Assembly: GCA_051874735.1 (NCBI GenBank) | Contig: JBJEGD010000026.1 | Location: 64,001 to 128,000, forward strand | Length of the DNA stretch: 64,000 nucleotides | Source: Candidatus Bruticola sp. | GTDB taxonomy: Bacteria > Vulcanimicrobiota > Xenobia > Xenobiales > Xenobiaceae | Direction of reading: 5' to 3' | Part shown: positions 9,700 to 18,623 of the stretch, piece by piece | How positions within the stretch are numbered: the first letter of the stretch is position 1 | How the letters are laid out: every line of letters begins with the position of its first letter | Position numbers and translations under genes: made by a program | Notes under the pieces: generated by a model | The model's database searches: none | Told to the model about the DNA's origin: nothing | The model's input: only the letters and a program-made list of their open reading frames with translations

Positions 9700-11244
9700 T
9701 TAGCGAGCAAATATGAGCACGTATACGGCCACCTGACAATTCCACATTGAATGGGCAATTATAGACGGCCATAAACTGCCGCTGTAATAACGGAGGGCGC
9801 AAAAAACAGCTCCTAATCCTCCCAATATTAAAACACCTTGCGGATCTCCGTGTATCATAGAAAACATAAGGGAACTAACAGTGGCAGCGCCTACAGCTGA
9901 TATTGCTCCGCGCAGTCCCGAGAAAAGTAGCCCCCGATAGATAATCTCTTCATAAATAGGGCCACTTATTACCAAAAAAAAGAACATAATAAAGACTGAA
10001 GTGGGGGCTTCAGCTAATAGTTTAAGAATCGGATTTATCGATTGAGCGGTGACTTTAGTGACAATAGAAGTTATTGTCGACATAAGTGCAGCTGTCAAAA
10101 TGGCCATAATAAATCCAGCCATTCCCAGAAAGATGTGCTCTTTTTGGAGAGATTGCAGCCCTATAGCCTGGGCGAAGTATTTAACTCTGCATTTGAAGTT
10201 TGTTGTGGGCCAATTTATTGATTCCGTTTTTATTGAGTTCTCAGTGTTGTTTATAGTTTGTGTGAGTACTTGGCTTGAAACTGAAAATGTTTCTTCTTCT
10301 TGTTCAGTCGCTGCTGTTTGTGGTGGGGTAGGTATACTAACATATTTTAAAAGATACATGAGCACCGCAATAGATGCAGCATAAACTGTAAATTGGGTAA
10401 TGAATAGAGCAAATGGAAAAAATTCAGCCCGATCAGCTGAAGCTGCGTGGAGCAGAAGCCCGAGCACTACCGCCCCTAAAACTGCGTTAATCCAGCTTAT
10501 AGTTGTGAATAAATAAAGTACCGGTATCGGTTTCCAGATAATTTTGTTATCATAAACGGCACTTTTTTCTTTGTTCCTGTACGAAGTAAACATAGCGTAC
10601 GCCTGGCGTAGTCCTAGTAAGATAGCTGCCGATAAAGAGAGGAGCAAGAAGCCTGTCCACACAGCTATAATATTGATAAATTTATCAGCCTGATGAAGTC
10701 TGCTTTGTATATCTGTTTCCATTTCTTGGCTTAGAATATGGTCTTGACAGTTATTTTTTAGCATTTGAATCGCGTAACTGGCAGTTAAAGTGTCTCCATA
10801 AAATTGATCAGCTTCTTTAAATTCCAAATTGAGCCTGAAGTAAGCTTTTTGAATATCTGCAACTGGCAGAGATTCTGTCTTGCATATAGCCAGCATAGCA
10901 TTCGTTATGGAGTTGGTTTCTTCATAATCAAGATTATGTAAAGTTTCTGTGGCTTTTTGTTTCTCTGAGCACAGATAATATAGGGACGCTGCTCCGTAAA
11001 TTGTAGAGTTTTGGGCTTGACTAAAGTCTATCTGATCGAGAATGCCAATAGTTTGCTTTTGTATGGTCGGCTGATTTAATTTCTCACCTAAACGCATGAC
11101 TCTGGCAGCTAACCGCGTACCTAAGTTGGCGTGGAAGGGTTTCTGCCAGGGAGCTTCATCGGAAGCATTAAGGAAGGGGGGAACTACTAACGGAAGCCAT
11201 AAAGCTAAGGCCATAATTACTAATACAATTCTTTTGCCACTCAT
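9700..11244 (-). CDS. CPBP (Abi/CAAX) family intramembrane glutamic endopeptidase with N-terminal extracytoplasmic domain
   Basis: EEIIYRG, FSMIH and HSMWN motifs in the C-terminal TM region. Confidence 0.88.
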   Translation of the reverse strand: MSGKRIVLVIMALALWLPLVVPPFLNASDEAPWQKPFHANLGTRLAARVMRLGEKLNQPTIQKQTIGILDQIDFSQAQNSTIYGAASLYYLCSEKQKATETLHNLDYEETNSITNAMLAICKTESLPVADIQKAYFRLNLEFKEADQFYGDTLTASYAIQMLKNNCQDHILSQEMETDIQSRLHQADKFINIIAVWTGFLLLSLSAAILLGLRQAYAMFTSYRNKEKSAVYDNKIIWKPIPVLYLFTTISWINAVLGAVVLGLLLHAASADRAEFFPFALFITQFTVYAASIAVLMYLLKYVSIPTPPQTAATEQEEETFSVSSQVLTQTINNTENSIKTESINWPTTNFKCRVKYFAQAIGLQSLQKEHIFLGMAGFIMAILTAALMSTITSIVTKVTAQSINPILKLLAEAPTSVFIMFFFLVISGPIYEEIIYRGLLFSGLRGAISAVGAATVSSLMFSMIHGDPQGVLILGGLGAVFCALRYYSGSLWPSIIAHSMWNCQVAVYVLIFAR

Positions 11245-11401
11245 TTCAGTATTAAGTTTCCTGCATAGCTTTGTAGATCCTTGAAGGTTAAAGAGTCTGT
11301 CTTAGGCTTTACTCTCACTGTGAATTAAAAAATAGTCAATTACTTAAGAGCTGTTGACACTCAAAGGGGGAATCTGTCTCCTTTTGTGAAAGCTTCCGAA
11401 C

Positions 11402-13234
11402 GTGTCTACTTCTAATAATCAAACAAAAAATCAGCGCAGTATTTTAGTTGTTGGAGAATTGAACAGCGAACAGGAGGCTTTTGCTAGCAGCTTAATCAGG
11501 CTGGGGTGTAGTGTAAAGCTGGTCTCTACTTTAGAAAAGGCCCGAGAATATTTGCTCTCTGGTGAAGTTGTCCAGTTCACCGCTGTAAGTACCGATTTCC
11601 ATAAGCAGAACGAAATGAGCCGTTTGCTTTTGCAGCTTTCTTTCGATGTGGAGCTTTTCTTCTTATTCGATAGTTTGGCGTTGGAACACGGTTTCTCTAG
11701 TCCTGTGGCAAAAGATACCGCTCCCAGAGTGCGTGCTGCCTATCTTTGTTATACTTCCTTCGCTTCAGCTAAGTATTCATGTCGTTTAATGCGGGCTTGC
11801 GGAACTTGGTGGGAGGTCAAAGGTAGGGAGGCCCCCGTGCATGAACGCTACCGTAAGTTGCTGAATCGGGTGCGTCAGGGAGTCGTAGATACCGACAGCA
11901 AAGATGTAGTGCGTTGGGCTAATAACGCTTTTAAGGGTATGGTAGGCTTAGGCAACATCGAAGGACGTTACGTTAGCGAGTTGGTTGATGCGCGTGATAT
12001 TCCTTGTCTAGATGCTGTACAAGTGCAGTTGCGTAACGGTATCATTTCGCCCTATGTGGTGCGTTTGCGTTCCAGCGGTCAAGTTGTAGAAGTTGATGCT
12101 ACTCCGCGCTTCGATAAAGAAGGTAATTATATGGGCAGTGTGGCGTTAATACGTCAGGCCCATAATATGCCTGTTGAGGAATTTATAGCCAGCCGCAATT
12201 TAGTCAGTTTGTACAGTTTAGCTTTGCGTCTGAGCCGAGCATTTGACGTCTCTAAAATTATTAACATAATTACTGAGACCGTGCGCGATATGTGTGGATA
12301 TTGCTGCTGCGGTATTAAGCTCAAAGATTTTGGCGAAGTTGTCGACCACGATGTCGATGGAGCTCTGTCTGCTTCCATTAAGCGCACTGTTGATTCTTTC
12401 TGTTCCCGTCTGCTTCCTCACCAGTCTATTAGAGTCATCAAAGATTTGGAACGCGATCCCGATCCGGCGGCAACAGTTTTGCGTGAATCCGGATTCAGTG
12501 GTGTGGTTTGTGTCGCTTTAACTGTTGGGGTTGAGCATATCGGGTGCATTTGGGCATTGGCCGATAAAGAAGTAGCTCTGTCTAGGGAAAATAACTCATT
12601 TTTAATATCTGTGGGTATTCAGGCCGGTCTGGCTCTACAGAATGCTGTAAATGTAAAGAGGCGTTTAGAAGAAGAGGAGAATCGTCGTCGCTTTTACCGC
12701 GACGCTTTAAATTCTCTCACTTCTGGCAAACTTGTTTTTTGTGAGCGTGATGAACTTGACAGCCATTGGGCTAAATGCGGACATGAGGCTGCCTATCTTT
12801 CTTTGAAAGAAAAAGCTGACGTTCCGCAATCTCGCCGTATTTCTGAAAAGGTTATGGAAGAACAAGGATTCAGCCAAGACCGTCTTTTTGATATGGTGAC
12901 TTGTGTTTCAGAGGCTGCCACTAATGTAGTCAAATACGGCCCTCCGGGCAGCATGAGTATAAAAGTTGAAGATGATGGAATTCATGTACGCCTCGATGAT
13001 GTCGGTCATGGCATAGCTTTCGATAATTTGCCCAAAGCTGTACTGCTTCCCGGATTCTCTTTGGGAGAAACTCCCTCCTTAGGGCTGGGATATTCAGTTA
13101 TGTTGGAAATGTGCGATTGTGTATATCTGTGTACTGGAGAGCACGGCACTTCCCTTATTTTAGAAATGAAGCGTACTAAGGCTGATCCCTTGGATGCTTT
13201 TGTAGGTTTTAGCAATTTAGGAGTTCAGCTGTAA
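11402..13234 (+). CDS. PAS-GAF sensor fused to RsbW/RsbT-type anti-sigma-factor kinase domain
   Basis: PAS (VVDTDSKDVVRWANNAF...PRFDKEG), GAF (QAGLALQNA), N-box VSEAATNVVKYG, DVGHG, SLGLG; no H-box seen. Confidence 0.75.
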   Translation: MSTSNNQTKNQRSILVVGELNSEQEAFASSLIRLGCSVKLVSTLEKAREYLLSGEVVQFTAVSTDFHKQNEMSRLLLQLSFDVELFFLFDSLALEHGFSSPVAKDTAPRVRAAYLCYTSFASAKYSCRLMRACGTWWEVKGREAPVHERYRKLLNRVRQGVVDTDSKDVVRWANNAFKGMVGLGNIEGRYVSELVDARDIPCLDAVQVQLRNGIISPYVVRLRSSGQVVEVDATPRFDKEGNYMGSVALIRQAHNMPVEEFIASRNLVSLYSLALRLSRAFDVSKIINIITETVRDMCGYCCCGIKLKDFGEVVDHDVDGALSASIKRTVDSFCSRLLPHQSIRVIKDLERDPDPAATVLRESGFSGVVCVALTVGVEHIGCIWALADKEVALSRENNSFLISVGIQAGLALQNAVNVKRRLEEEENRRRFYRDALNSLTSGKLVFCERDELDSHWAKCGHEAAYLSLKEKADVPQSRRISEKVMEEQGFSQDRLFDMVTCVSEAATNVVKYGPPGSMSIKVEDDGIHVRLDDVGHGIAFDNLPKAVLLPGFSLGETPSLGLGYSVMLEMCDCVYLCTGEHGTSLILEMKRTKADPLDAFVGFSNLGVQL

Positions 13235-13389
13235 AATGTTTGTGCAGGTTTATTCTTTGTTCTGTATTGGGCTATACTGATACCACGCCTGTATGTTTTT
13301 TTTGCACGAACATGTAAAGAACTTTCTCGATTTTCTTTCTTGCAAATTGGGGTTCTGCTTATAAGAGCTTATCTTAGGAGCGTAAAATT

Positions 13390-15993
13390 TTGCCTATCGT
13401 ACCACCTTTAAATACTGAAGCTTATCTTAATTACGAAGAGCTAACCGCTTATTTAAACAGTATCGCTGAGGCCGTTCCTCAGCTAGTACGTATTTTTTCT
13501 TTAGGAAATACTGTAGGCGGTCGAGCGTTATGGGCAGCAGAAGTTACAAATACGAACACGGGAGCGGCTTCCAGCAAGCCGGCTATTTGGATTGACGGTA
13601 ACATACATGGCGCTCAGTTATCAGGTTCTACAGCTTGCTTGGCTATTCTGCAGCGTCTGTCCTCTGAGCACGGGCGCAGTCCCTCTATAACGGAACTTTT
13701 AGACAGCAATACGTTCTATATAGTTCCTCGTTTAGCTCCCGATGGCGCTGAGCTCTGTCTGACTTCTGGGCTTTCTACTTCAGCGGGACGTCGCCTAGGT
13801 TTTCTTGACGGTTTACGTGAAGGATTGGTGCCAGGAGATATTAATGGCGATGGACGTATTTTACAGATGCGCGTTCCCGATCCTTATGGACAGTGGAAAG
13901 TAAGCAAACGGGATGAACGTCTGCTTATTCCTCGTTTGCCTGGTGATAGCGGTGAAACTTACTACCGGCTTTATCGTGAAGGTTTACTAGATAGAGAAGA
14001 TCAGGGACCGATCCATTTGCGTTTAGTAAATTCTAAGCGTGAACTCAGTCACGATTTCACTCAAAATAGCGGCATAGTTGATCATCATTACGGCGGGAAC
14101 GGTTTTGTTGGTCCTTTCTCCCAAATAGAATCGCGCTTAGTAAGTGCTTTTATGCATAGTTTAAGTAATCTGTGCTTAGCTATTTCTTTCCGCAGCGGTA
14201 CTGGCTGTATCCAAATTACTTCATCATCTGAAGTCCATCGCCGCGATCTGGCTTTAATGAAAATTTTGGCTGGTAAAGCCTCTGAAATTACCAATTTGCC
14301 TGTTGAAGAAGTTAATGAGGCTAGCGATTTTGCTGATTGGGTTTATCAAGAGCTTGGGGTTCCTTGTCTGCGCATAGACGGTTGGAATCTGCTGCGCGAA
14401 GCTGGGGTGGATAATTTTGCTGACAAACCTCAGGAACACGCTCTTTCAGCAGTGCTGCGCTGGCTCGATTATAATAACGGCGGTAAAGGTTTTGCTAAAT
14501 GGGAGCCTTGTGAGCATCCCCAGCTCGGTGATGTGGAAGTCGGCGGTTGGGATACATCTTTAAGTTGGAGCAACCCTCCTGTAGGAGAAATGCTCTCGGC
14601 TATATGCGAAAATGAAGTAAATGTAGCTTTGTGTCTAGCTTCCGTCGTTCCCAAAATTGGTTTAGGCGAATGTCGCGATGATATTGTCGGATGGGCTGAA
14701 TCTGAAAACAGTGAATCTGATGAGTTGCTACCGCTGCGTGTGATCTCAGTGGAGATACGCAACGAAGGATATTTACCGACTTGGCTTACTGAGGAGCTGC
14801 GTTCCAAAGATGAGCCGATTATTTCTGAAATTTCTATCCCTGAAAATGCCGAATTACTGATTGGCCATCGCTTGAGCGAGCACGATCAGCTTTCTGGGAT
14901 AGTGTCTCTTTATTTGCGCCAGAACTTAAATGCGCCATTTTTTAGCGGTTCTTCCGAAACTGAACGTTGTGTAAAAACTTGGTTAGTGCGCGGTAGTGGT
15001 GAAATTGTAGTTTCTGCAGCTCATCCCCGCGGAGGCGTGGTTCAATTTATAAGTGATGGTAGCAAAAATGCTTTACGTCAGCGTTTCAAAGTAAGTAAGC
15101 CTAGTGCGGTTATTCCTGTAACTTCGCCAGTTCCTTATGTTGTGGCTGTTACTTCTGCCGCTTTGGCTGCAGCTATTCCCGCACAGATGGCTAATATGGC
15201 TGGTTTAACTTCTACTACTGAGAATAGTTCTTCTAAAGCACCTTCATTGCCGCGGTCTTCCTTTAAGGTTCCGAGTTCCAAGAGTACTTTGGGACGCAGC
15301 TCTCTAGAACCTACTCCAATCAGTCAGCTTCCATCTGCAGTGACTGAAGCGGCAGCTGCTCCTAAAGTAAGGCCAGTTAAGCTAACAGAAAGCACTCCTG
15401 CTCCTGTTTCTGAAGTAAAAAATGAGGCAGTAGCTCCTCAGCCTTCAGTAAGGGGTGGCTACAAGCCTATGGTTTTTGGAGGTGGGGCAGTTAAACGTCC
15501 TTCTGCAGTAGATAAAGCTGTGCCGTCGGATTCAGATTCTCAATTGGGAGCTTCAGAGTTTAATCGCCTGGGAGCGGTTGGAGCTTTTTCTGCGGGTAGC
15601 TTGCGCAAAGCTGGAACTGAGACGCCTCCCTCAAATCGCTACCTCAGTTCAGAAGATTCTAATTTGCGTAGTGAGTCTTCTAGACCTCGAGTACAGCCCT
15701 CAGGACGTGTTTTTGGTCAGCCCCCAGCTAAGAACAGCGCTGCTGCAGCTGTACGCCAGCCTGAATCTGTTTCTAGACCTAATCCTAGTCGCGTTGGACG
15801 AAAAACAGAAGAGTCTGCTCCCAAGGCGGAAAGGCGTGCCGAAATTAAACCTCATCCGTTGCTGCCTAGTAAACGTCCAGCGGCTCCGTCTCCGGAAATA
15901 CCCCAGGCTCAGATTTCCAAAGATGATTTTAAAGAGGATCCTTTGGCGCCGACAGCTCCTCTACTATTAAGACGCAGTCGAGGCGACGATTAA
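13390..15993 (+). CDS. M14 zinc carboxypeptidase-like protein with degenerate active site and long disordered tail
   Basis: YLNYEEL, KPAIWIDGNIH, PRLAPDG, DINGDGRILQMR, HPQLGDVEVGG; AGGAG RBS before TTG. Confidence 0.8.
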   Translation: MPIVPPLNTEAYLNYEELTAYLNSIAEAVPQLVRIFSLGNTVGGRALWAAEVTNTNTGAASSKPAIWIDGNIHGAQLSGSTACLAILQRLSSEHGRSPSITELLDSNTFYIVPRLAPDGAELCLTSGLSTSAGRRLGFLDGLREGLVPGDINGDGRILQMRVPDPYGQWKVSKRDERLLIPRLPGDSGETYYRLYREGLLDREDQGPIHLRLVNSKRELSHDFTQNSGIVDHHYGGNGFVGPFSQIESRLVSAFMHSLSNLCLAISFRSGTGCIQITSSSEVHRRDLALMKILAGKASEITNLPVEEVNEASDFADWVYQELGVPCLRIDGWNLLREAGVDNFADKPQEHALSAVLRWLDYNNGGKGFAKWEPCEHPQLGDVEVGGWDTSLSWSNPPVGEMLSAICENEVNVALCLASVVPKIGLGECRDDIVGWAESENSESDELLPLRVISVEIRNEGYLPTWLTEELRSKDEPIISEISIPENAELLIGHRLSEHDQLSGIVSLYLRQNLNAPFFSGSSETERCVKTWLVRGSGEIVVSAAHPRGGVVQFISDGSKNALRQRFKVSKPSAVIPVTSPVPYVVAVTSAALAAAIPAQMANMAGLTSTTENSSSKAPSLPRSSFKVPSSKSTLGRSSLEPTPISQLPSAVTEAAAAPKVRPVKLTESTPAPVSEVKNEAVAPQPSVRGGYKPMVFGGGAVKRPSAVDKAVPSDSDSQLGASEFNRLGAVGAFSAGSLRKAGTETPPSNRYLSSEDSNLRSESSRPRVQPSGRVFGQPPAKNSAAAAVRQPESVSRPNPSRVGRKTEESAPKAERRAEIKPHPLLPSKRPAAPSPEIPQAQISKDDFKEDPLAPTAPLLLRRSRGDD

Positions 15994-16008
15994 TCATATA
16001 TAAAAAAT

Positions 16009-16048
16009 GAGAGCGGACCAGCAAAATGCACCCGCTCTCGTTTTTTTT
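16009..16048 (+). terminator. Intrinsic terminator
   Basis: GAGCGG...CCGCTC stem followed by T8, between convergent genes. Confidence 0.6.
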
Positions 16049-16074
16049 GTTTATATCCGATTTTGACAGGGAAT

Positions 16075-17109
16075 CTAGCTGCGAAGAGCCGGATCTAAGT
16101 ATTTCACGATATGATAGGTGATAGCCGAAATTGTAGCTGAGGCCGGTAAAGTGAATACCCAAGCCACTACAATATTGTTGGCTACGCTCCAACGTACTGC
16201 ATTAATGCGTTTAACAGCGCCTACTCCCATAATGCTGGCTGTAATAACGTGAGTTGTAGAGATAGGCATGCCCAAGGCCGCTGTACTCAAGAGAATTGTC
16301 GAAGACGTCAAATCGGCTGCAAAACCGTGAACTGGCTGAAGACGTACAACTTTGGCGCCTAAGGTTTTAATAATGCGCCAGCCGCCTCCTGAAGTACCTA
16401 AGGCGATGACAATGGCGCAAGCAACTTTGGTAAACCAGCGCACTTCGGTGTCCGGCTGCCAGTGTGTTTCGATCAGTCCAGTACTCGAGGCGGTAAACAG
16501 GGCCAAAGTGATAATACCCATGACTTTTTGGGCGTCGTTAGATCCGTGAGAAAAGGCCATAAGGCTAGAAGAAAACCACTGAGCGTATTTGAATTTATGA
16601 CCTATTGAAGGATGCTGATGGCGCAGTATCCAGTACAGTGAAAGCATGATGCAGTATCCTAGCACTAGGCCAATAAGTGGAGATACGATTCCTGGTATAA
16701 CTACATGATCCATAACTCCCCACCATTTCACACCGTCTGTGCCTACTCTGGCTAAAGCGACACCGACTAAGCCGCCAACTAGAGCATGTGACGAAGATGA
16801 GGGCAATCCCCAAATCCAAGTCAGTATATTCCAGATAATGGCTCCAATTAGCGCGGCTAGTATTAGAGATTGTCGATTCATGGCGTTCCCTTCTACTATT
16901 CCGCTGGTAATAGTTTTTGCTACTCCCGTGAAGAGAAGGGCACCGCAAAAGTTGCAAACCGCAGCCATTAAAACTGCTGTTCTGGGAGATAAAGCTCTGG
17001 TAGATACTACCGTAGCAATAGCGTTGGCTGCATCGTGGAAACCGTTTACGTAATCGAATGCTAGTGCAATTATTACGACTGCAGCTAAAATCCAAATGGT
17101 TTCTTGCAT
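16075..17109 (-). CDS. Inorganic phosphate transporter, PiT family
   Basis: NGFHDAANAIAT, GLPSSSSHALVGG, HGSNDAQK, PISTTH motifs. Confidence 0.95.
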   Translation of the reverse strand: MQETIWILAAVVIIALAFDYVNGFHDAANAIATVVSTRALSPRTAVLMAAVCNFCGALLFTGVAKTITSGIVEGNAMNRQSLILAALIGAIIWNILTWIWGLPSSSSHALVGGLVGVALARVGTDGVKWWGVMDHVVIPGIVSPLIGLVLGYCIMLSLYWILRHQHPSIGHKFKYAQWFSSSLMAFSHGSNDAQKVMGIITLALFTASSTGLIETHWQPDTEVRWFTKVACAIVIALGTSGGGWRIIKTLGAKVVRLQPVHGFAADLTSSTILLSTAALGMPISTTHVITASIMGVGAVKRINAVRWSVANNIVVAWVFTLPASATISAITYHIVKYLDPALRS

Positions 17110-17199
17110 TTTATTTCTACTTTCTTATCCTACATTCTATCTGTAAGTGTTTTCATATGCTATTTAAGTAGTTGATTTTAATATCTCTCTTAGATGAAT

Positions 17200-17238
17200 A
17201 AAAAAAGCCGTCTCTCTTTAAGAAAAGGAGAGCGGCTC
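17200..17238 (-). terminator. Intrinsic terminator about 90 nt upstream of the PiT gene
   Basis: Minus strand GAGCCGCTCTCCTTT-TCTT-AAAGAGAGACGGCT followed by U run. Confidence 0.7.
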
Positions 17239-17483
17239 AAAACAATTTTTATTAATAAAAACATCAATACATGGCAACGGCCGGGAATGACCTGCGCTTT
17301 TAGTACGTAAATAATTTAGTTGCTGTCGGCATACATTTAACAACATAAGGCGCGGGGAAGTTCTGTAAGGCTATTTTTTTCCCTTCTTGTCTAAAATGAA
17401 TATTTTTGGACAAATTAGAGCGCATGCTGTCGTTGGTTTGACGCATGGTTTAGCATTAAAGCATACTTTCAATAAGTTAGGGA

Positions 17484-17524
17484 GCAGCTGTTCTGTGACT
17501 TGGAACAGCTGCGTTTTATTTTTT
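17484..17524 (+). terminator. Perfect 10-bp hairpin with T tract
   Basis: GCAGCTGTTC-N9-GAACAGCTGC followed by GTTTTATTTTTT. Confidence 0.55.
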
Positions 17525-17529
17525 AATGA

Positions 17530-17660
17530 AAAAAATAAAACGACCCCCTAGAGTGTGAGTCATAAGGGGGACGCAAGGGATTAGGAGGAACTTTGCTTGA
17601 TGCCAAAGACGGGATGACTTCGACATTTCCAGCGTTAAGATTTCTTCAACGCTCTTAACA
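17530..17660 (-). ncRNA. Candidate small regulatory RNA (~130 nt) with anti-SD motif
   Basis: Lies between a sigma70-type promoter and a CCCCCT/AGGGGG stem plus U tract; 5' hairpin; contains AGUUCCUCCUAAUCCC; no convincing ORF. Confidence 0.55.
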
Positions 17661-17666
17661 CTTGTA

Positions 17667-17695
17667 ATTATAGTGGCAGTTATACAATAAGTCAA
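17667..17695 (-). promoter_or_regulatory. Near-consensus sigma70 promoter
   Basis: TTGACT (17695-17690), 17-bp spacer, TATAAT (17672-17667). Confidence 0.8.
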
Positions 17696-17780
17696 TAATA
17701 TTTGTATAAATAAACAATTGTATTTATTAGAGTTAATTCAAATTGTATACACAAAAAATGTGTAAAAATATACATAGTTT

Positions 17781-18350
17781 GTGTTAAAAAAACAGGATAA
17801 AATTTTAAATTATGGAATTAGTGATACCGTGATTAATAGAATTTCTGATAGAAAAAAAATGGAGCTTTTTGCAACCGCTCCCATGTATTTAAGTCAGGGA
17901 GAGGCGGCTGACTTTATGCATATTTCTGTCAGAAATCTACAATACTGGGAAAGCTTGGGGTTACTTCATCGGGAAATAAGCCATAATGGGCGTAGCTGTC
18001 GTTATACCCGTCTCGATTTGATTGAAATCAACTTTATACGCAGTCTGATTTACGAGCACGGTTTTACAGCTAGCTCTTTAAAAACGAAACTTGCCAGATT
18101 AAAGAGTCCTTATTATTACGATCCTGATGAAATATTTTGGGACAACAAAAATCAATGCTGGTGCAGCCGTTCAGACATCGCTTGTCAAGAACTTAATAAA
18201 TCCAAGCGCGATTTTATCTCTTATGTGCGTCAAATAATAGATAATAAATCTGATAGTTCGGATCAGGAAATAGCCTTTGAAATAATAGGTATTTTGCGGT
18301 CTCTCATTAGAGGGAAATTTTACAAAAATTCATTTAAAAGTGAAATTTAA
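17781..18350 (+). CDS. MerR-family HTH transcriptional regulator (start uncertain)
   Basis: SQGEAADFMHISVRNLQYWESLGLL...RYTRLDL...FIRSLI is a MerR wHTH pattern. Confidence 0.8.
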   Translation: MLKKQDKILNYGISDTVINRISDRKKMELFATAPMYLSQGEAADFMHISVRNLQYWESLGLLHREISHNGRSCRYTRLDLIEINFIRSLIYEHGFTASSLKTKLARLKSPYYYDPDEIFWDNKNQCWCSRSDIACQELNKSKRDFISYVRQIIDNKSDSSDQEIAFEIIGILRSLIRGKFYKNSFKSEI

Positions 18351-18623
18351 TGGCTTCATTTCTTATATGAAGACTAATTTTTCGATTTTTTTATATTAAA
18401 AAATATAATATCAGCTTTTATTTTTAGAAAAAAATGTTAACACGATTTATTGAAAAGAAATCCGATAAAATAGGGATCCTGCAATTTTTCGGGAGCTATT
18501 ATTAACACGTTTTTTACCTAGTTGTTACATAGTATCAATAAGGTGTAACTAAAATCTAAGAGTGGAAGGATCTGCGCAGATCGCTGCCTAGAACCTTGAA
18601 GTTCTGAAGTAAGGAGGAACTAT

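Noticed and set aside
17300-17446. 48-aa minus-strand ORF (MRQTNDSMRS...KLFTY)
   Set aside because: No RBS and no recognisable motif; cannot be supported
18437-18468. Sigma28 promoter (TCCGATAA at 18461) for the FliK-like gene
   Set aside because: Good -10 but no TAAA-like -35 at 15-16 bp spacing
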